A DNA stretch of 64,000 bases from the human T2T-CHM13v2.0 reference genome, Homo sapiens. Positions 29,201-53,957 of the stretch are shown one piece after another. Positions within the stretch are counted from its first letter, which is position 1. Every line of letters starts with the position of its first letter. Below the pieces are notes generated by a model. It was not told the DNA's origin. It made no database searches and was given only the letters and a program-made list of their open reading frames with translations. Made by a program: the position numbers and the translations under genes. Where the stretch lies: the NCBI RefSeq assembly GCF_009914755.1, contig NC_060935.1; one strand, 5' to 3'.

Positions 29201-29214
29201 AAGAATAGAGCGTG

Positions 29215-29602
<388 letters not shown>

Positions 29603-31229
29603 CTAATTATCTTCCTATGTCAAAAAGTGTGTCCCTGTGTATTGAGTCTTGGTTCTTTTGGGTTGTTGTCTGGCCTAGGCCATTGCCCCATTTGGCTTAT
29701 TTGTACACTTTATTTCAGAAGTTTAGACTTATCACTATTATGTATTTAGACTTATTTCTGGGCCCATACACAAAGCCTACAAATTTTCCTCCCCACCTCT
29801 TTGTTTGCCTCCCCTCGGGTTTTTCCTGTGGAAGTTGGAAAGCTGATGGGCTCCCCCCTGACTCTGCCATTTTGGACAACATCACTGCTGCTCACTAGGG
29901 AAGCAATAAAGCCTGGCTCATTTGCATGAATCTCTGCAGTGGCTCTTCTGACCCCAGGGCTGTTAGAAGTACTCATTAGATCCTCTTTAATTAAATATGT
30001 AACACACATCATGCCATCGAGCATAGAAAAAAAAAAGATAGAAAAATAGAAATCTAACAACGGTTCCTGCTTCTAATTAAAAGCAGGCTGTTTTTGCCTC
30101 AGAGCAAGCTAAGGACAGTGCTTTCATCCCGGGCACAGCCATGGAATCCCTGGTGCCAAAGCCCAGGGGGCAGGGATGTGAAACTTTGGATGCGCCAAGG
30201 GGGCTGAGTTTGTTGGGTGACACAGGCTCTCCCTTCTCAGTGGGTGGGATCTAATTTCAGCTCCTGATATGTGATTCAAAGTGAGGACAAGCTTTCATTT
30301 CCTTTCATTCCACTTTCAAATGCCCTTCGATTGAATACCATATAGTGGTATTGTAGGTAAACAGAATGTGAACACAGTGGGATGGTCTTACCAACCAAAA
30401 CCTCATAAAAGCTCAAAGAAAATGAGCCACATGCATCAGTGGCTTATATGTGATGCCGGTAGGAAGTGAAGGGGCAGATTGGCATGGGGGCAAAGAGGCA
30501 GTCTCCTAGAGAGTCTTTGTTATATGTAGAACTGAAGGTTGAAAATAACATCCATTAGTAGGCGACTTCTTCATTCCACTTCTCATAATCTTGGTTCTTA
30601 GACACCCCTTAATTTTTCCTCCTCCTCTCTCCTAATCTCTCTCATTTACACTCCACCCTTGTCAGTTCTCTTTCTTCTAGTGAACCTCAGAGGCTCTCCA
30701 CCCCTACACTTGAGCTGCCTTTCTTATCAGATCTGAATCTTGAAACAGCTTCCCCATGCTCAACTAAGTCAGACTGTATCTTACTTACCTTTTCGATAGT
30801 GATGTCTCCTGAATTTTTGTAATGGAAGGATAACTTTGTTGTTGGAAGGGAGGCTTGGCAGGAAAGGTGGATAAAATGAAACTTATCCTGAATCTATATG
30901 TGCATTGCAAGCCGCTTTTGATTGTTTGATTTTTGTTTGTTTGAGGTATCCTTGAAGGAATGATGGATATTCCCACCTTAGGTGCTCTCTCAGATAAACT
31001 AGGAATTCTGGATCCTTTATAAGACTTACTTGAAGTAAAAAGGAATTTTCCTTTTTAGTTCTGCTGTTCTCCTTGATTTTTCATTTCAGATGTCATCCAA
31101 TGTAGTGTCCTAATGGCTGTCAGGGAAATCAAGGAAGGAGGAAATTCAGGGTATTTATTGGTCAGATTTTCTCTCAGCTCATTGGGGACAAGACCTGTTA
31201 CATCTGTCAAGATCCCTCAACTGCAAGCA

Positions 31230-31670
31230 CATTCATTTGCAAATAGTTATTATGCCCTATTATATGTCAGGCCCTATTTCAAATGCTGAGAACACATCAG
31301 CAAACAGAAGAGACAATGTCCCTCCTCTCATGGAGTTTACATTCCAGTGTGGAGAGTCAGATAAAACACACACCCAACTATATGAAATGTCAGGTATTAA
31401 AAATGCTGATGAAGTGGGGAAAGGCAGGTAAAAGGATGAGAAGTGATAGAGTTTCTAGTTTAGACAAAATGGTGGAGAAGCCCTCTCTGTTGTGTGCATA
31501 TTTGAGCAAGGACCTGTGTGAAATGACAGAGTGAACTATGGGGATGTCTGGGGGGAGAAGAGTGCCAGAAAGAATGGACAGAACATTCAAAGGCACTGAG
31601 GCTTGAACTTGGAGTATTTGAGGTTATCAAGGAAGCTACAGTAGCTGGAATAGAGGGAATCAATAGGAGA
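31230..31670 (-). mobile_element. L2a fragment
   Basis: cattcatttgcaaatagttatt...cctcctctcatggagtttacattccagtgtggagagtcagata...gaaggaagctacagtagctggaa-like motifs. Confidence 0.75.
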
Positions 31671-32341
31671 GGCTGTCAGATTCTTCCAGTTAATTCTAAA
31701 GCATCAAAGTCACTTTTTAAACTTGCTACTGCTTGGAATCACTCCTATGTCTTCCTTCTAATGTGGGAAGATTTTCATTGGATAAAGGAGATGATTGTCT
31801 ACTGTTTGTCATATTCCTAGTTTGGTGGCAGTTTAAAAAATCAGTGTATGAAACTGTCATCTTGGACTACAGGAAGTCCTTCAGGGGTGCACTGTTTTAT
31901 AAGCCAAGCAGGGAAATGAGAGACATAAAACATAGACAACAACACTCTCCATATTTTGAACCTTGCAAGACAGGAGACAGACACAGTCAAGGAAGAGGAC
32001 AAATCAGGAATAACAGAGATTTTAAACTTTCTGTGTAATGTAGGTAGAAGGGGTTATATTTGGATAGAAAAGGCTGGAGTTGATTTTAGGCACAGGGAGA
32101 ACAGCCAAAGTGGAACTAGAGGCTTTGTGGTTCAAAAGAAAACAGAAAATAGCTAAGTAAACAAATTGGAGTAGAGATCTGAAGAATGGGATCAAGGGCA
32201 TAGCTTATGTGTTAGAACTGGGAGAAGTACTAATTCTCCTGGTCTTGAGAGGAGAAAGGACTCATAGGAGAAATATGCAAGTGATATGAAATATGGAAGT
32301 AATGTGGAAGAAAATAAGAAATATGGAAACTCCAGTCCAGA

Positions 32342-33670
<1,329 letters not shown>

Positions 33671-34012
33671 ATGGATAATAGAGAATCCTAAGCAACTTGT
33701 ATTGGGTAGACTTAATTTTTCTTGTAAAATATGAGGCAAGGTCATGTGCTGAAAGTAATATTCAAGTGATATGAAATATGAAAGAAATATGGAAGAAATA
33801 ATAAATATGGAAGCTCCAGTCCAGGAATTGAGGAATCTTTATTTTAAAATATTTTGGAACCAGCTCTAAGTAAAGAGGTAGGAAGTCATCCAGGAGGAAA
33901 TAAAAAGATAAACAGACTAAAGGTCAGCTTTTCCTTAAAAAAGATGCAAATGTATCATGATTCCAATATGCATGATTATAATTTTATCTTCAGAAATATA
34001 TTCCATCTAATC

Positions 34013-34117
34013 TGTAGTGAGCTGATTAGTGGCCCCCAAAAGACATGTCCACATCCACATCCCCAAAACTGATGAACACTACTTTATACAGCAAAAGATA
34101 TGATTAAGTTAATAATC

Positions 34118-34119
<2 letters not shown>
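34013..34119 (+). mobile_element. MLT1D-like LTR, first ~105 bp only
   Basis: tgtagtgagctgattagtggcccccaaaagacatgtccacatcc...gcaaaagatatgattaagttaataatctt resembles the MLT1D 5' end and stops at the L1 poly-T. Confidence 0.75.
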
Positions 34120-41926
<7,807 letters not shown>

Positions 41927-43198
41927 GCATGATTATACTTGCTTTTTATAACCTCATATGTCAACTTGTCCTAATAGGTACCAATGAAGAGAGAAACATG
42001 TTCTAATAACATATTCTTAAGCTTTGCTTACAAAGGTGTTTTTCTGTCAAACACTTCCATTCACTGAAAGAAAATAGCTTATGATACATCTTGAAGAAAG
42101 CATGCTGACATTTGCCTTTTATAGATGGATATGTCAGCTAGTACTACTAGATAACAGTGGAAAAATCATGTTCTAATAACATATTCTCAGGATTTGCTTA
42201 CAAAAATTATTGAGGACCAAGAGTTTCCAGCTATTATAACATACAGTGGCTGATCATCCTGTGGATAGTTGAAGCATAATAGAGGTGAAGATCATTTAAA
42301 GGGATGAGGCTGAATAGTTGAGAGATTGGGGTACATGAGAAATAAATAAGGTTTTCAAAAATGAAGGCTACTTTTGGATAGCATACTCATGCCATAATTG
42401 ATTGGATAAAGATGTGAATATGCTGCATATGTACCAGGGTGCTGTACTCAAAGATTTGGAGCTTAAACCAAGATAGTTTAAGTCTCATTCTGTAGATGCA
42501 GAGATTCTGAGATAGAGAAAAACAGACTGTGCAGGTTGTCTTTTTAGGATCTGAGAGTATTTAGATCTCTTGACTTCATGATGTATCCCTATAACCTTAT
42601 AATATCTATTTTTTATTATGATAGTTGGTGGATTTTTTGTGACTTAAGAAAAACTCTAACTAATATGCTTTGTCCATCCTCAAAGCTTCAGGATCACTCT
42701 CTGTATTTTTTAAATCTCTGTTGACATTAGTTTAGGTGTTAATGCTCACCCCCTCATGCTAAAATACGAATTGATTACCTTATTATTTTTCAGTTCAATT
42801 TCATTTTAATTATATAGACCTAATAGCATTATGATATAATCTTGTTGTCCCAAATAGCTTGATCTTTACAATGGCCAATGATTTTTCATTTTATAATATT
42901 ATTTTAAAAATTTAATTATAACATATGTATATTTTAACCTTTTTTATTTTTGAATACATCATACATACAGAAGAGTCTAAAGCACACACACACATATATA
43001 TATGTAGTTTACATACATATAGAGAGTTATATACAATTTAAGGGGTAATTATAAAGCAGAATCCACTAACCATCAGCGTAATTAAGAATACGTGATAGTC
43101 AGTTCCCTAGAAGTCATTCCTGTGGGTCACAAACCCAATCTTGTTGCCTCTCCCCAGAGTTAAAATAATACTTTTTGATTTTTGTGATAATCATCTAT

Positions 43199-43287
43199 TT
43201 TCTTCTTCTTCTCCTCCTTCTCCTCCTTCTCCTCCTCCTCCTCCTCCTTCTTCTTCATCGTTGTCCTCTTCGTCTTCTTCTTCTTTC
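43199..43287. repeat. (CTT/CCT)n low-complexity repeat
   Basis: Direct reading; it produces the poly-Leu ORF. Confidence 0.9.
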
Positions 43288-43530
43288 TAATTTCATCTGT
43301 ATATGTGTTCTGATATGGTTTGGCTGTGTCCACACCCAAATCTCATCTCGAATTGTAGCTCCCATAATCCCCACATGTTGTGGGACGGACTGGGTGGGAG
43401 ATAATTGAATCACGGGGGCAGTTTCCCCATGCTGTTCTCTTGGTATTGAGTAAGTTTCATGAGATCTGACGGTTTAGTAAGGAGTTTCCCCTTTCGCTTG
43501 GCTCATTCTCTCTTGCCTGCTCCCATGTAA

Positions 43531-43918
<388 letters not shown>

Positions 43919-44100
43919 CAAACCTCTTTTTCTTCATAAATTACCTAGTCTCGGGTATGTCTTTATCAGCAGCCCGAAAACAGACGAATACAGTAAATTC
44001 GTACTGGTAGAGTGAGGTGCTGTTGTAAAGATACCCAAAAATGTGGAAGCGACTTTGAAACTTGGTAACAAGCAGAGGCTGGAATGGTTTGGAGGGCTCA

Positions 44101-44517
<417 letters not shown>

Positions 44518-44521
44518 TTAG

Positions 44522-45040
44522 GTGTTCTCAGATAGAGATGAGGAATTTGTTGGGAATAGGAGTAAAGGTGACTCTTGCTCTTGCTATGTTTTAGCAAACA
44601 GACTGGTGCCATTTTGCCTCTGCCCTGGAGATTCATGGAACTTTGAACTTGAGGGAGATGATTTAGAGTATCTGGCAGAAAAAATTTCTAAGCAGCAAAG
44701 CATTCAAGAGTTGACTTGGGTGCCATTAAAGGCATTCAGTTTTAAAAGGGAAACAGAGCATAAAAGTTTGGAAAATGTGCAGCCTGACACTGCAATAGAA
44801 AAGAAAAACCCATTTTCTGAGGAGAAATTCAAGCCAGCTGCAGAAATTTTCATAAGTAACAAGGAGCCAAATATTAATCCAAGACAATGGGAAAAATGTC
44901 TCCAGGGCATGTCAGAGACGTTTGCAGCAGCTCCTCCCATTACAGGCCTAGGAGGGAAAAATGGTTTCCTGGGCCAAGCCCAGGAACCCCCTGCTGTGTG
45001 CAGCCTAGGGAACTGGTGCCCTGCATCCCAGCCACTCTAG
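44522..45040 (+). pseudogene. Remnant of the THE1/MaLR internal ORF
   Basis: 172-codon frame (NFELEGDDLEYLAEKISKQQSIQE...) lying wholly within THE1 internal sequence. Confidence 0.7.
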
Positions 45041-47949
45041 CTGTGGCTAAGAGGGGCCAAGATACAGCTCAGGCCATGCTTCAGAGGGTGCAAACCCCAA
45101 GCCTTGGCAGCTTCCACATGGTGTTGAGCCTGCAGGTGCACAGAAGTCAAGAATTGAGGTTTGGGAAACTCTGCCTAGATTTCAGAGGATATATGGAAAT
45201 GCCTGGATGTCCAGGCAGATGTTTGCTGCAGGGGCAGGGCCCTCATGGAGAATTTTTGCTAGGGCAGTGCAAAAGGGAAATATGGGGTTGAAGCCCCCAC
45301 CCAGAGTCCCTTCTGGGGCACTGCCCAGTGGAGCTGTGAGAAGCGGGTCACCATCTTCCAGACCCCAGAATTGTAGATCCACTGACACCTTGTACCATAC
45401 ACCTGGAAAGGCTGCAGACACTCAACACCAGGCTGTGAAAGCAGCTAGGAGAGAGGCTGTACCCTGCAAAGCCACAAGGGTAGAGCTGCCCAAGACCATG
45501 GGAACGTACCTCTTGCATCAGTGTGACCTGGATGTGAGATCTGGAGTCAAAGGAGATCATTTTGTAGCTTTAGGATTTGACTGCCCTGCTGGGTTTTAGA
45601 CTTGCATGGAGGCTGTAGCCCCTTCGTTTTGGCCAATTTCTCCCATTTGGAATAGGCGTTTTTATCCAATGCCCGTACCCCCATTGTATCTAGGAAATAA
45701 CTAACTTGCTTTTGATTTTACAGGCTCATAGCTGGAAGGGACTTGCCTTGTCTCAGATAAGACTTTGGACTGTGGACTTCTGAGTTAATGCTGATACGAG
45801 TTAAGACTTTGGGGGACTGTTGGGAAGGTGTGATTGGTTTTGAAATGTGAGGACATGATATTTTGGATGGGCCAAGGGCAGAATGATATGGTTTGGCTAT
45901 GTCCCCTACCAGATCTCATCTTGAATTGTAGCTCCCATAATGCCCACATGTTGTGGGAGGGACCCAGTGGGAGATAATTGAATCATGGGGGTGGTTCCCT
46001 CATACTGTTCTCGTGGTAGTGAATAAGTCTCATGAAATCTTATAGTTTCATAAGGGGTTTCCCCTTTTGCTTGGCTCTCATTTTCTTTTGCCAGCTGCCA
46101 TGTAAGATGTGCCTTTCACTTTCTGCCATGATTGTGAGGCCTCCCCAGCCACATGGAACTATGAGTCCATTAAACCTCTTTTTCTTTATAAATTACCCAG
46201 TCTCAGGTATGTCTTTATGAGCGGCATGAAAACGGACTAACACATATTCTAAACAACATATTTTAATTTTTGAAAATTACAAAATAGACTATACCTGTAT
46301 TGAATATTTTCCTTGGAATTGCTTCTTTGTTCAGTATTATGTTCACTATTCATTCCTGTTGATACATGTAATTGTAGATCATTCCTTTCTCTAAGCTAAC
46401 TGTAAGTATCATCTCTTCCATGAAATCTTCCCAATCCCTGTGTCACAGCCTATATGCTCTTTGATACAACATTTTATTTTTCAGGAATTCCTATATTCTG
46501 TTTTGTAATACAATTTTGCATCTTTTCTTGTATTTACTCTTGCTTTATTAGTCCTTTGAAGGCAAAGTTTTTGTTTCGGATTTCTTTGTATCTTCAATAG
46601 CACCAGGCCTAAAGAATATACATAATTTATTCTTTTAAAATAACTTATTAAATACATGATGTTGAGAACTACAGTATATATTTGAGTGGCAGACCCCTTA
46701 TTGCATATTCCCCAAAGCCCAGCTAGTTCAATAATACATACATCTCATCTCTTTCTCTTCATTGCTTAGGCCATTGCTTAGTGCTTGACTTCAATTACAT
46801 TCTCAATAGCATTTTTTTTAATCTCTCAAAAGCTGTGTTTTTTATTTGCTAAGCTGCATTTGTCTAAGTCTTGAAATCTTCACTCGAAAGAAAACAATTG
46901 GGTAAACAAAGTAGAAGTGGGTGAAGTATGAATCAGAGTCAGGGCTTTTAATTCTATGCTTCTCGGGCTACATAAATGTAATGAGGGGGAATACAGTAAT
47001 AAAGATGTGAAGAGTAAGAAACAGCCCTTGAGAGCTTGTGTGGAGATGCATATTTACTTCAATCCCTGTTGGAAGGAGCACAATAGTTCCCATGACTTAG
47101 AGTCTCAGAGCTCCAGAATGGAAGCTTTTCTGAAATACATCTTCTAGAAGATGTCTTTGCCCTATCTGAGCCAAAGAACAAATATATTTGGGAAAGCTAA
47201 AGTGAATTCCCTTAAGCTCCAAGCATATAGAGCAAAACACAACTTCCTTCTGAAAAGGAAATGAAGTGTTTTATTTCTTTATTTATTAGATTTGTTACTA
47301 ACTGTACCCTGTGCCAGAGGCCCCAAGGCAGAAAAGCTTATGGTAAAATAATAGAGATAATTAAATTTTATATTATGAAACAGCAATCAATGCAGCAAAA
47401 CTAGTATCTAGTCCATTGGGGATATTGAAACTAAAGAGGTGGGTTCTGCATGATGTCCTAAGGCCAAACACCATTGCTATCTTTATTTCTTTCTCCCCTC
47501 CTCATCCGTTAATATATATTAAGAATAGGGATTACTGGGCACTTCACATATTGTTTTTTCTACAAAGTAAGACTGGAGTTTAATTATATAAGCAACAGAG
47601 GGTAAACTCTCCTGGATAATGTTTTGGGTATTGACCCAACAAGAATCTCAAGAGTTTATGCCATCACCCTAAGAAAAATGTGTAAAATTGGTTAATTTTG
47701 TCCTCATAGAGCTTTTACCTGATGGTGCTGCTGTTTTCCTCTTGCAGCTTTCCTCCTCAGAGCTCCCAGTGTACAAATCATAGTCCTACTCGCCCATGTG
47801 GAATTCCACATAGAACTAACTTCCCACACCTCATTCCAGCATTCTACCAAAATCCTACTTTCCTCTTAAACTTTATTTGCCTTGTGGTATGGCACTAGCA
47901 TTATTTTTTAGTAAATATATTTTCAAAGGGATTTTCCACAGGAATAATA

Positions 47950-48080
47950 CTGTAGGATTAAAAATAGAGGGTTTAGTGTGTAGAAGACTAGGGTTTAAAT
48001 CCTGGTTTTCTCACTTATTGGCCATATGACTTTGGGAAGGTTACTTAATTCCTTTTATATTTACTTCCCTCTTTCACCTA
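47950..48080 (+). mobile_element. MIR fragment (interrupted by L1PB1)
   Basis: gggtttaaatcctggttttctcacttattggccatatgactttgggaaggttacttaa. Confidence 0.7.
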
Positions 48081-48089
48081 GAAAACAAA

Positions 48090-48450
48090 ACTACTCGGCC
48101 ATAAAAAGGAATGAATTAATGGCATTCACAGCAACTTGGCTGAGATTGGAGACTATTATTCTAAGTGAAGTAACTCAGGAATGGAAAACCAAACATTGTA
48201 TGGTCTCACTCATAAGTAGAAGCAAAGCTATGAGGATGCAAAGGCATAAGAATGACACAGTGGACTTTAGGGACTCAAAGGGAAAGAGTAGGAAGGGGGT
48301 GAAGGATAAAAGACTACAAATTGGGTGCAGTATATACTGCTTGGGTGATGGATGCATGGAAATCTCACAGATCACCACTAAAGAACTTACTCATGTAACC
48401 AAACACCACCTTTTCCCCAATAACTTATGGAAACTAAAAAAAATTAAAAA
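48090..48450 (+). mobile_element. L1PB1-type 3' end fragment
   Basis: gtaactcaggaatggaaaaccaaacat...gctatgaggatgcaaaggcataagaatga...atcaccactaaagaacttactcatgtaacc. Confidence 0.88.
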
Positions 48451-49709
48451 GTATTTCACCTTTTTTTGGAAAGAAAACTAAACTAATAACTTGTTTATTG
48501 GGTATGAAAAAGTTGTTCTCACAGGAAAGACAAAGCAGATTCTGCAAAAGACAATAGGCATTCATTTCAGAGACAGAGACTGAGGTCTGCAGTCAGATGG
48601 ATTCTCCTCCAAAAACGTAATTGCAATGTCCAGCAAACTCATGAGCCAATAGCTGTCTCACTATCACTGTAGTAATGTATCAATAGATAGGAAGCTTCTG
48701 GTAACTTTTAGACCACCCATAGAAATCCTCACCGATTTTCAAACCACACAGTTCATTGACATTTGAGATCCTAAGGGGGCTTTGGACTTACATGGGAGCT
48801 ATGAACATTAAGGTACAACTGTGTAGAAGATGAGGAAAAGGAGGCACAGAGAAGCTAGTACCTTGGTGAAGAACACATAACTAGTAAGTGGTGAAACCCT
48901 GAATCCCATGCAAAGCTATTTCATCTATGATGAGCTTCACAAAATGAATTAAGGTTGTTTGACTTTTGGCATCCATTTGGCTCAGCAGACACTCAGTTTG
49001 ACAGTGTAGACATCCAGTTTCAGGCTGTGGACACTTGGGAGAATGAATTAAGTGAAATTTTAGGTAACAATGGCATTCATGTAAGGAAAGAACATAGAAC
49101 ATAATTCTTCATCCCCTTAAGTACTTTTGCTAGTGGGCTGGAGAGATTTGACGCCAAGGTTTTCTATTTGGGCATCACTTCACAATGTTCAACTATTTTC
49201 ATTATCAGTTAACTCACTGGTGGTACATCTTTCTGTCTGTACTTCTATCCCTGGGCAGTAAATATAATGTCCTCAAAAGGGCTACCTAAAGGGCTAGATT
49301 ATCTTCCAATAGAGGACTAAGCTAAGATGTTTGCAAAAGCAGCAGCATCCTGTGGTACCCAGAGCAATACAGCAGGTATAGGGAATCCTATTATGAGCCC
49401 AAAAGGACAAGATGTAGGAGTAGCACAATGCCAATGGTGAGTGACACAGAAATGGCCAGCGCATATACAACAGGGCAAGCTGCACCTGTACCAACAAATA
49501 CTCAGAGCACTACTTGTTTCATTTGTTTTACAAGGAAAAAAAATATGGTTAAAAGACAACTAGAAAATGCCTTTATTGAATCTGAAACCATGATAAGAGA
49601 CTGAACACATAGGTTTTATAAAACATGTTTCTTTCCTATCTTCCCTGTGATAATAACAAGCAAGGGACCTTAAAACAATTTCTGAAGTATAATCAGTACA
49701 TATATTGCG

Positions 49710-49920
49710 ATAGTGAAAAGAGCAAAAGATTTGGAGCCAAATTTAGCATGAATGGTGGATCTGCTTCTTACTAGTTATGAGAACTCAGTCTTCTTAAATT
49801 AAAAAAGGGCAAAAAAGTCCTCATTTATTATGGTTCTTACTAGGATTAGATGTAACGTACATGAAAAACATGGTGGAAGCACAGAAGAAATTCAGTTATT
49901 CATAACTGTATTGTTGTTAT
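49710..49920 (+). mobile_element. MIR fragment
   Basis: tagtgaaaagagcaaaagatttggagcc...ctgcttcttactagttatg...taggattagatgtaa. Confidence 0.6.
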
Positions 49921-50975
49921 TTTATTATTACCAAACAGAAAATATGAGAAATGATCTGCTGACTGAGAATAAGGAAAAAATTCTTTTCTGGATCACAGTT
50001 CATTATAAAAGAATGATGTTCTTTGAGCAAATGGTGGAGGACATTTCTCAAAACCTGGAACAATGTGGAAACATACTCATCAATGTGATAAGAATAAACG
50101 AAATACACATTTTAAGAAAAGTCAGAGAGGAAGGCTTCAATTAAACTGCAAAATTAATGCTATGGAAAGCAAACAGTGTACCTTAGAGTGGGGAAGGAAT
50201 GATGAGAAAATAATGACTATAATAGAAACAATATCAGTGGGCCTCCGACATCAACATGCCAGACACTGAACATTCTCCATAAATAAAATATGGCTTTATA
50301 TTTTGATACAAACATACATATATGTGTGTATGTGTACATATATGTATATGTATATACACATATACTCACGTATACACATATATATATATAAAACCTCTTT
50401 GAAGTATCACTGAAATTTAGTGGGATTTGAATATGACTACAAGGTAGTAATAGAGGGATATACCTTATTTAAACAAAGGTGGTCTAATTGAAAGGACAGG
50501 AGAATAGTGTCTCATGTTAAGATACGCATATCTGTAGAAATCTGTCAGTCAAAGATTGGAAACATGATGTCTCATATTTGAATGTGAGATAAAAGCAGAA
50601 ATGAATAGAAGTTTAACAATGGCAGAGGGTGCTACAGACTCTAGACTCAGCATATATTAAACATAGTACAAAACTTCTGAAGGGAAACACACTGACCTAG
50701 TAGAATATTTTGATTTGTCTGGGCAGCTCTTGAGAGTCTGAAACATCTAAAAGTGGAGCATCTTCTCATAGTCATAATATAAAATGCTCTTATTTTACAT
50801 TTTAAATGAAAAAGAAAGTCACAAGGAGGAAATTGTTGCATGGATTTAATTCTAATCGTTGAGACAAAACTGGTTGATGTCATGAGAGCAGCAGGGACCT
50901 TGGAGAGAGTAACCCCTTTGATGTGACTGAAGTCCTAGACTTGACTTCAGAACAGCAAAGTTAAAAATAATCAGA

Positions 50976-50976
<1 letters not shown>

Positions 50977-51006
<30 letters not shown>
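50977..51006. repeat. (TG)15 microsatellite
   Basis: Direct reading. Confidence 0.97.
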
Positions 51007-51010
<4 letters not shown>

Positions 51011-51359
51011 TCCAAGGAAAGAGACTTGAACAATAACATGGCTTAAGAGAGATAGAAAGGTAGAAAAACTCAGGAAAAAAAAATTCCACATAATCAGAAA
51101 TTATTCTAATAATAAAGCAAAAAGATTTAAATCTAAACAAACTGGTATAACTGCAACTTAAGCACCTATTATAAAAGGACTTACATTAAATATTGAAGGA
51201 GGAGAATAAACACAAAGTAGAAACACAAAAGAACAGCACCAGGCTGTAGGAATAATGTTCGGTAGCCAAAGTGTTAAGACAAATATTTGAGAAAGATCCT
51301 TTAAAAAGCATAAGGAGATTTGAGAGCTTCGTGCAGAGCAAGAAATTGAGCAAGGAAGA

Positions 51360-51865
51360 TGTCTTAGCCTGGGTTTCCCAGAGAGCAGAGCCTGGTACAA
51401 AGGCTTGCATGCAGGTAATATTTTTGGAAGTGATCCCAAGGAACAGGCACTAGGCACAGAGAATGTGAAGCAGAGAAGGAGAAAAAGCCATACAGAGATG
51501 CACTATAGAGTTGGTCACTGTTAAGAGACCCCAAATGGCGGCTACTGAAGTGCCTTTGGGGTGGATCTCACGTCTGTCTGCCCTAGATCTAAAAGCTAGA
51601 TGTGTTATCCATCTGTTCCCATCCTTCAGTGGTCAGGGATGGCATCCTGGATATTCATTCTCCTGCACTTAGCAGTCTGTGGCTAGTTGAGAACCAAAAC
51701 TGGATACTCTGGTTGTCACAGTAGACACTAGGCAAGAAGGAGGGGACATAGCACACAGGTGCAGTGATGCAGGTTGGTGCAATCCTTCTTGGAGCTGCTT
51801 GCTGCAGCTGTGGCTGGAGTAAGAGACGGGACCTAGAGGACCTGAAGCTTTGTCTAAAAGGTGCA
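51360..51865 (-). mobile_element. ERVL-type solo LTR (LTR33/LTR16-like)
   Basis: tgtcttagcctgggtttcccagagagcagagcctggtacaaagg...tttttggaagtgatccc terminus motif. Confidence 0.6.
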
Positions 51866-53750
51866 TGATAAAGAAGGGCGGTGACTTGCTTGAGGATATT
51901 GTCATGTACCCAGAGAGCAGAGTGGGAAAGTAAAACAGCTCAGCCACAACTTCTACATGAAGGGAAGAAAAGCATGAAGCTAAAAAGGATAGGCCGGGCA
52001 AAATTTAGGGAGGGAGGATTGAAGCCATTGAAAAATGCCTGGCTGGTGGTCCCAGCTTCTTTTACAAAGACACAATAAAATAAGACACACTGAAACCTAA
52101 AATGAAAAGAAAAATGATAAAAAGCAAAATACAAAATAATGTGTATAGAAAGTGCAGTATTGATAGAAGCACTTCCATTTCTGTTAAAAGGAGACATTTA
52201 TATCATGCACGCATGTGTGTATGTATACATATACATACGCATATGTCTGCCTTACATATGCTTTACTGGATGACCTTGGAACAGTTATTTTGCCCTCTCA
52301 GTGCCACCTGTCCCAAGAGGTCCTCCTGCCTGTGGTTGACTGCTGCATCCCCAACACCTAGAAATAAGCCTAGCACAGAGCAGGTGCTTAGTAACACTTG
52401 TTAAATAGATAAATGAGAACTTGACAGAAACATAGCTGTTATAGGAAACATTAAAATAAATAAACAACTCTAATATGAATACATAATATGACTTTAATAT
52501 AACAAATTTGAAATCATGGATATATTGAACTTTGTATACAAAGAGCATATATATTATTTTCAAATTTCATAAGTATAAAAATTGATTATATTCTACTCAT
52601 AAATAAAATTATTAAATCAGAAACTGAGCAGAAAATTGTCCAGTTACAATATAGTAAATCACAAATTAATAATCAAAGTTTAAAAACAAACAGAAATAAA
52701 ACCCAGCAATTTGATAATTTAAAACATTCTTTAAAAAGTCTATTAGGACAAAAAATTCAAAATTGCAATAATAGACTACTTAAAAAATAATAGAGATACA
52801 ACAAACATTACTTATTATTGTAGTATCATGCAGCCAAAGTTATTCTCAGAGGCAATAATCTTAAAAGCTCTCATTATTAAAATACCAATAAAATAAAGGA
52901 ATTTAGTAATCTGTGGAATAAGTTACAAAAGCAACCACAGAATAAACCAAAGGAAACAGAGAAGAACCTGTAATAATTACAAAGACAGATATTTAATGAA
53001 TTTAAAAACAAAATATAATTTCTCAATAAATCCAAGAGTTGTTTCTTTAAACACAACAGTAATACAGTAATATTAATAAAAAAAGGCAAAAAACAAATAC
53101 AATCAAGATGAAAAAAGAAAGCAAAAATATTTTTTAAAATAAGGATATAATAGCAGATAATTTGTTTAAGTCTACACACAAGCTATTTTAAATAATTTTA
53201 AAACTACACTAGGTGAATGATAACCTAGGGGAAAAAAATCAATGCCCAAAATTAAGGACAAGTAGAAATTTTGATTTGAACAAAAACCGAAAATAAATGA
53301 TCAAAAAGTATCCTTCAGTAGCAGACCCATGATCAAATAATTTTACTGTTAAAATTTCAAAGAGCAGATAATTCCCATGCTACATAAACTGATCTAAAGC
53401 TTTGAAAAAGACAGAGTGGTATCCACTTCATTTTCTTCAGCTTGAAGCCACAAAAGACCTGTACAAGAAAACCCCCGCCTGCCAGGGGGAAAAAAGACAA
53501 AACTGTAAATGAGTTATCTGAGAAATATTAATGCAAAACTCTTTAACTATTAGCAAATCAAATCCAATAGTATCTTCAAATAATCATTCACCATGACCAG
53601 GGAGGATTTGTCTGCAGATTGAAAAGCTGGTTTATTATCAGGGGAGACATGATTATAATATACAATACCACTTAGCCCAGTACAAAAAATCCCCAGAGTA
53701 ATCTGAAAGGACTCTGTAAAAAGTCCAATAGCAATCAATATGCCACGTAA

Positions 53751-53794
53751 CTTTCTTTCCTTTCTTTTCTTTCTTTCTTTTCTTTCTTTCTTTC

Positions 53795-53834
<40 letters not shown>

Positions 53835-53957
53835 TAGTTCTTCTTTCTTTCTCCTTCCTTCCTCTCTCTTTCCTTCTTTTCTTTCTTCCTTCCTCCCCCT
53901 CTCCCTACCCTTCCCTTTCCCCTTCCCCTTCCCCCTTCAAAAAAAAAAAAAAAAAAA
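53751..53957. repeat. (TTTC)n/(CCCTT)n polypyrimidine repeat followed by an A-run
   Basis: Direct reading. Confidence 0.95.

Noticed and set aside
50645-50685. Faint U6 snRNA 5'-like words (cagcatatattaaacatag)
   Set aside because: Too short and divergent, with no continuation of U6 sequence
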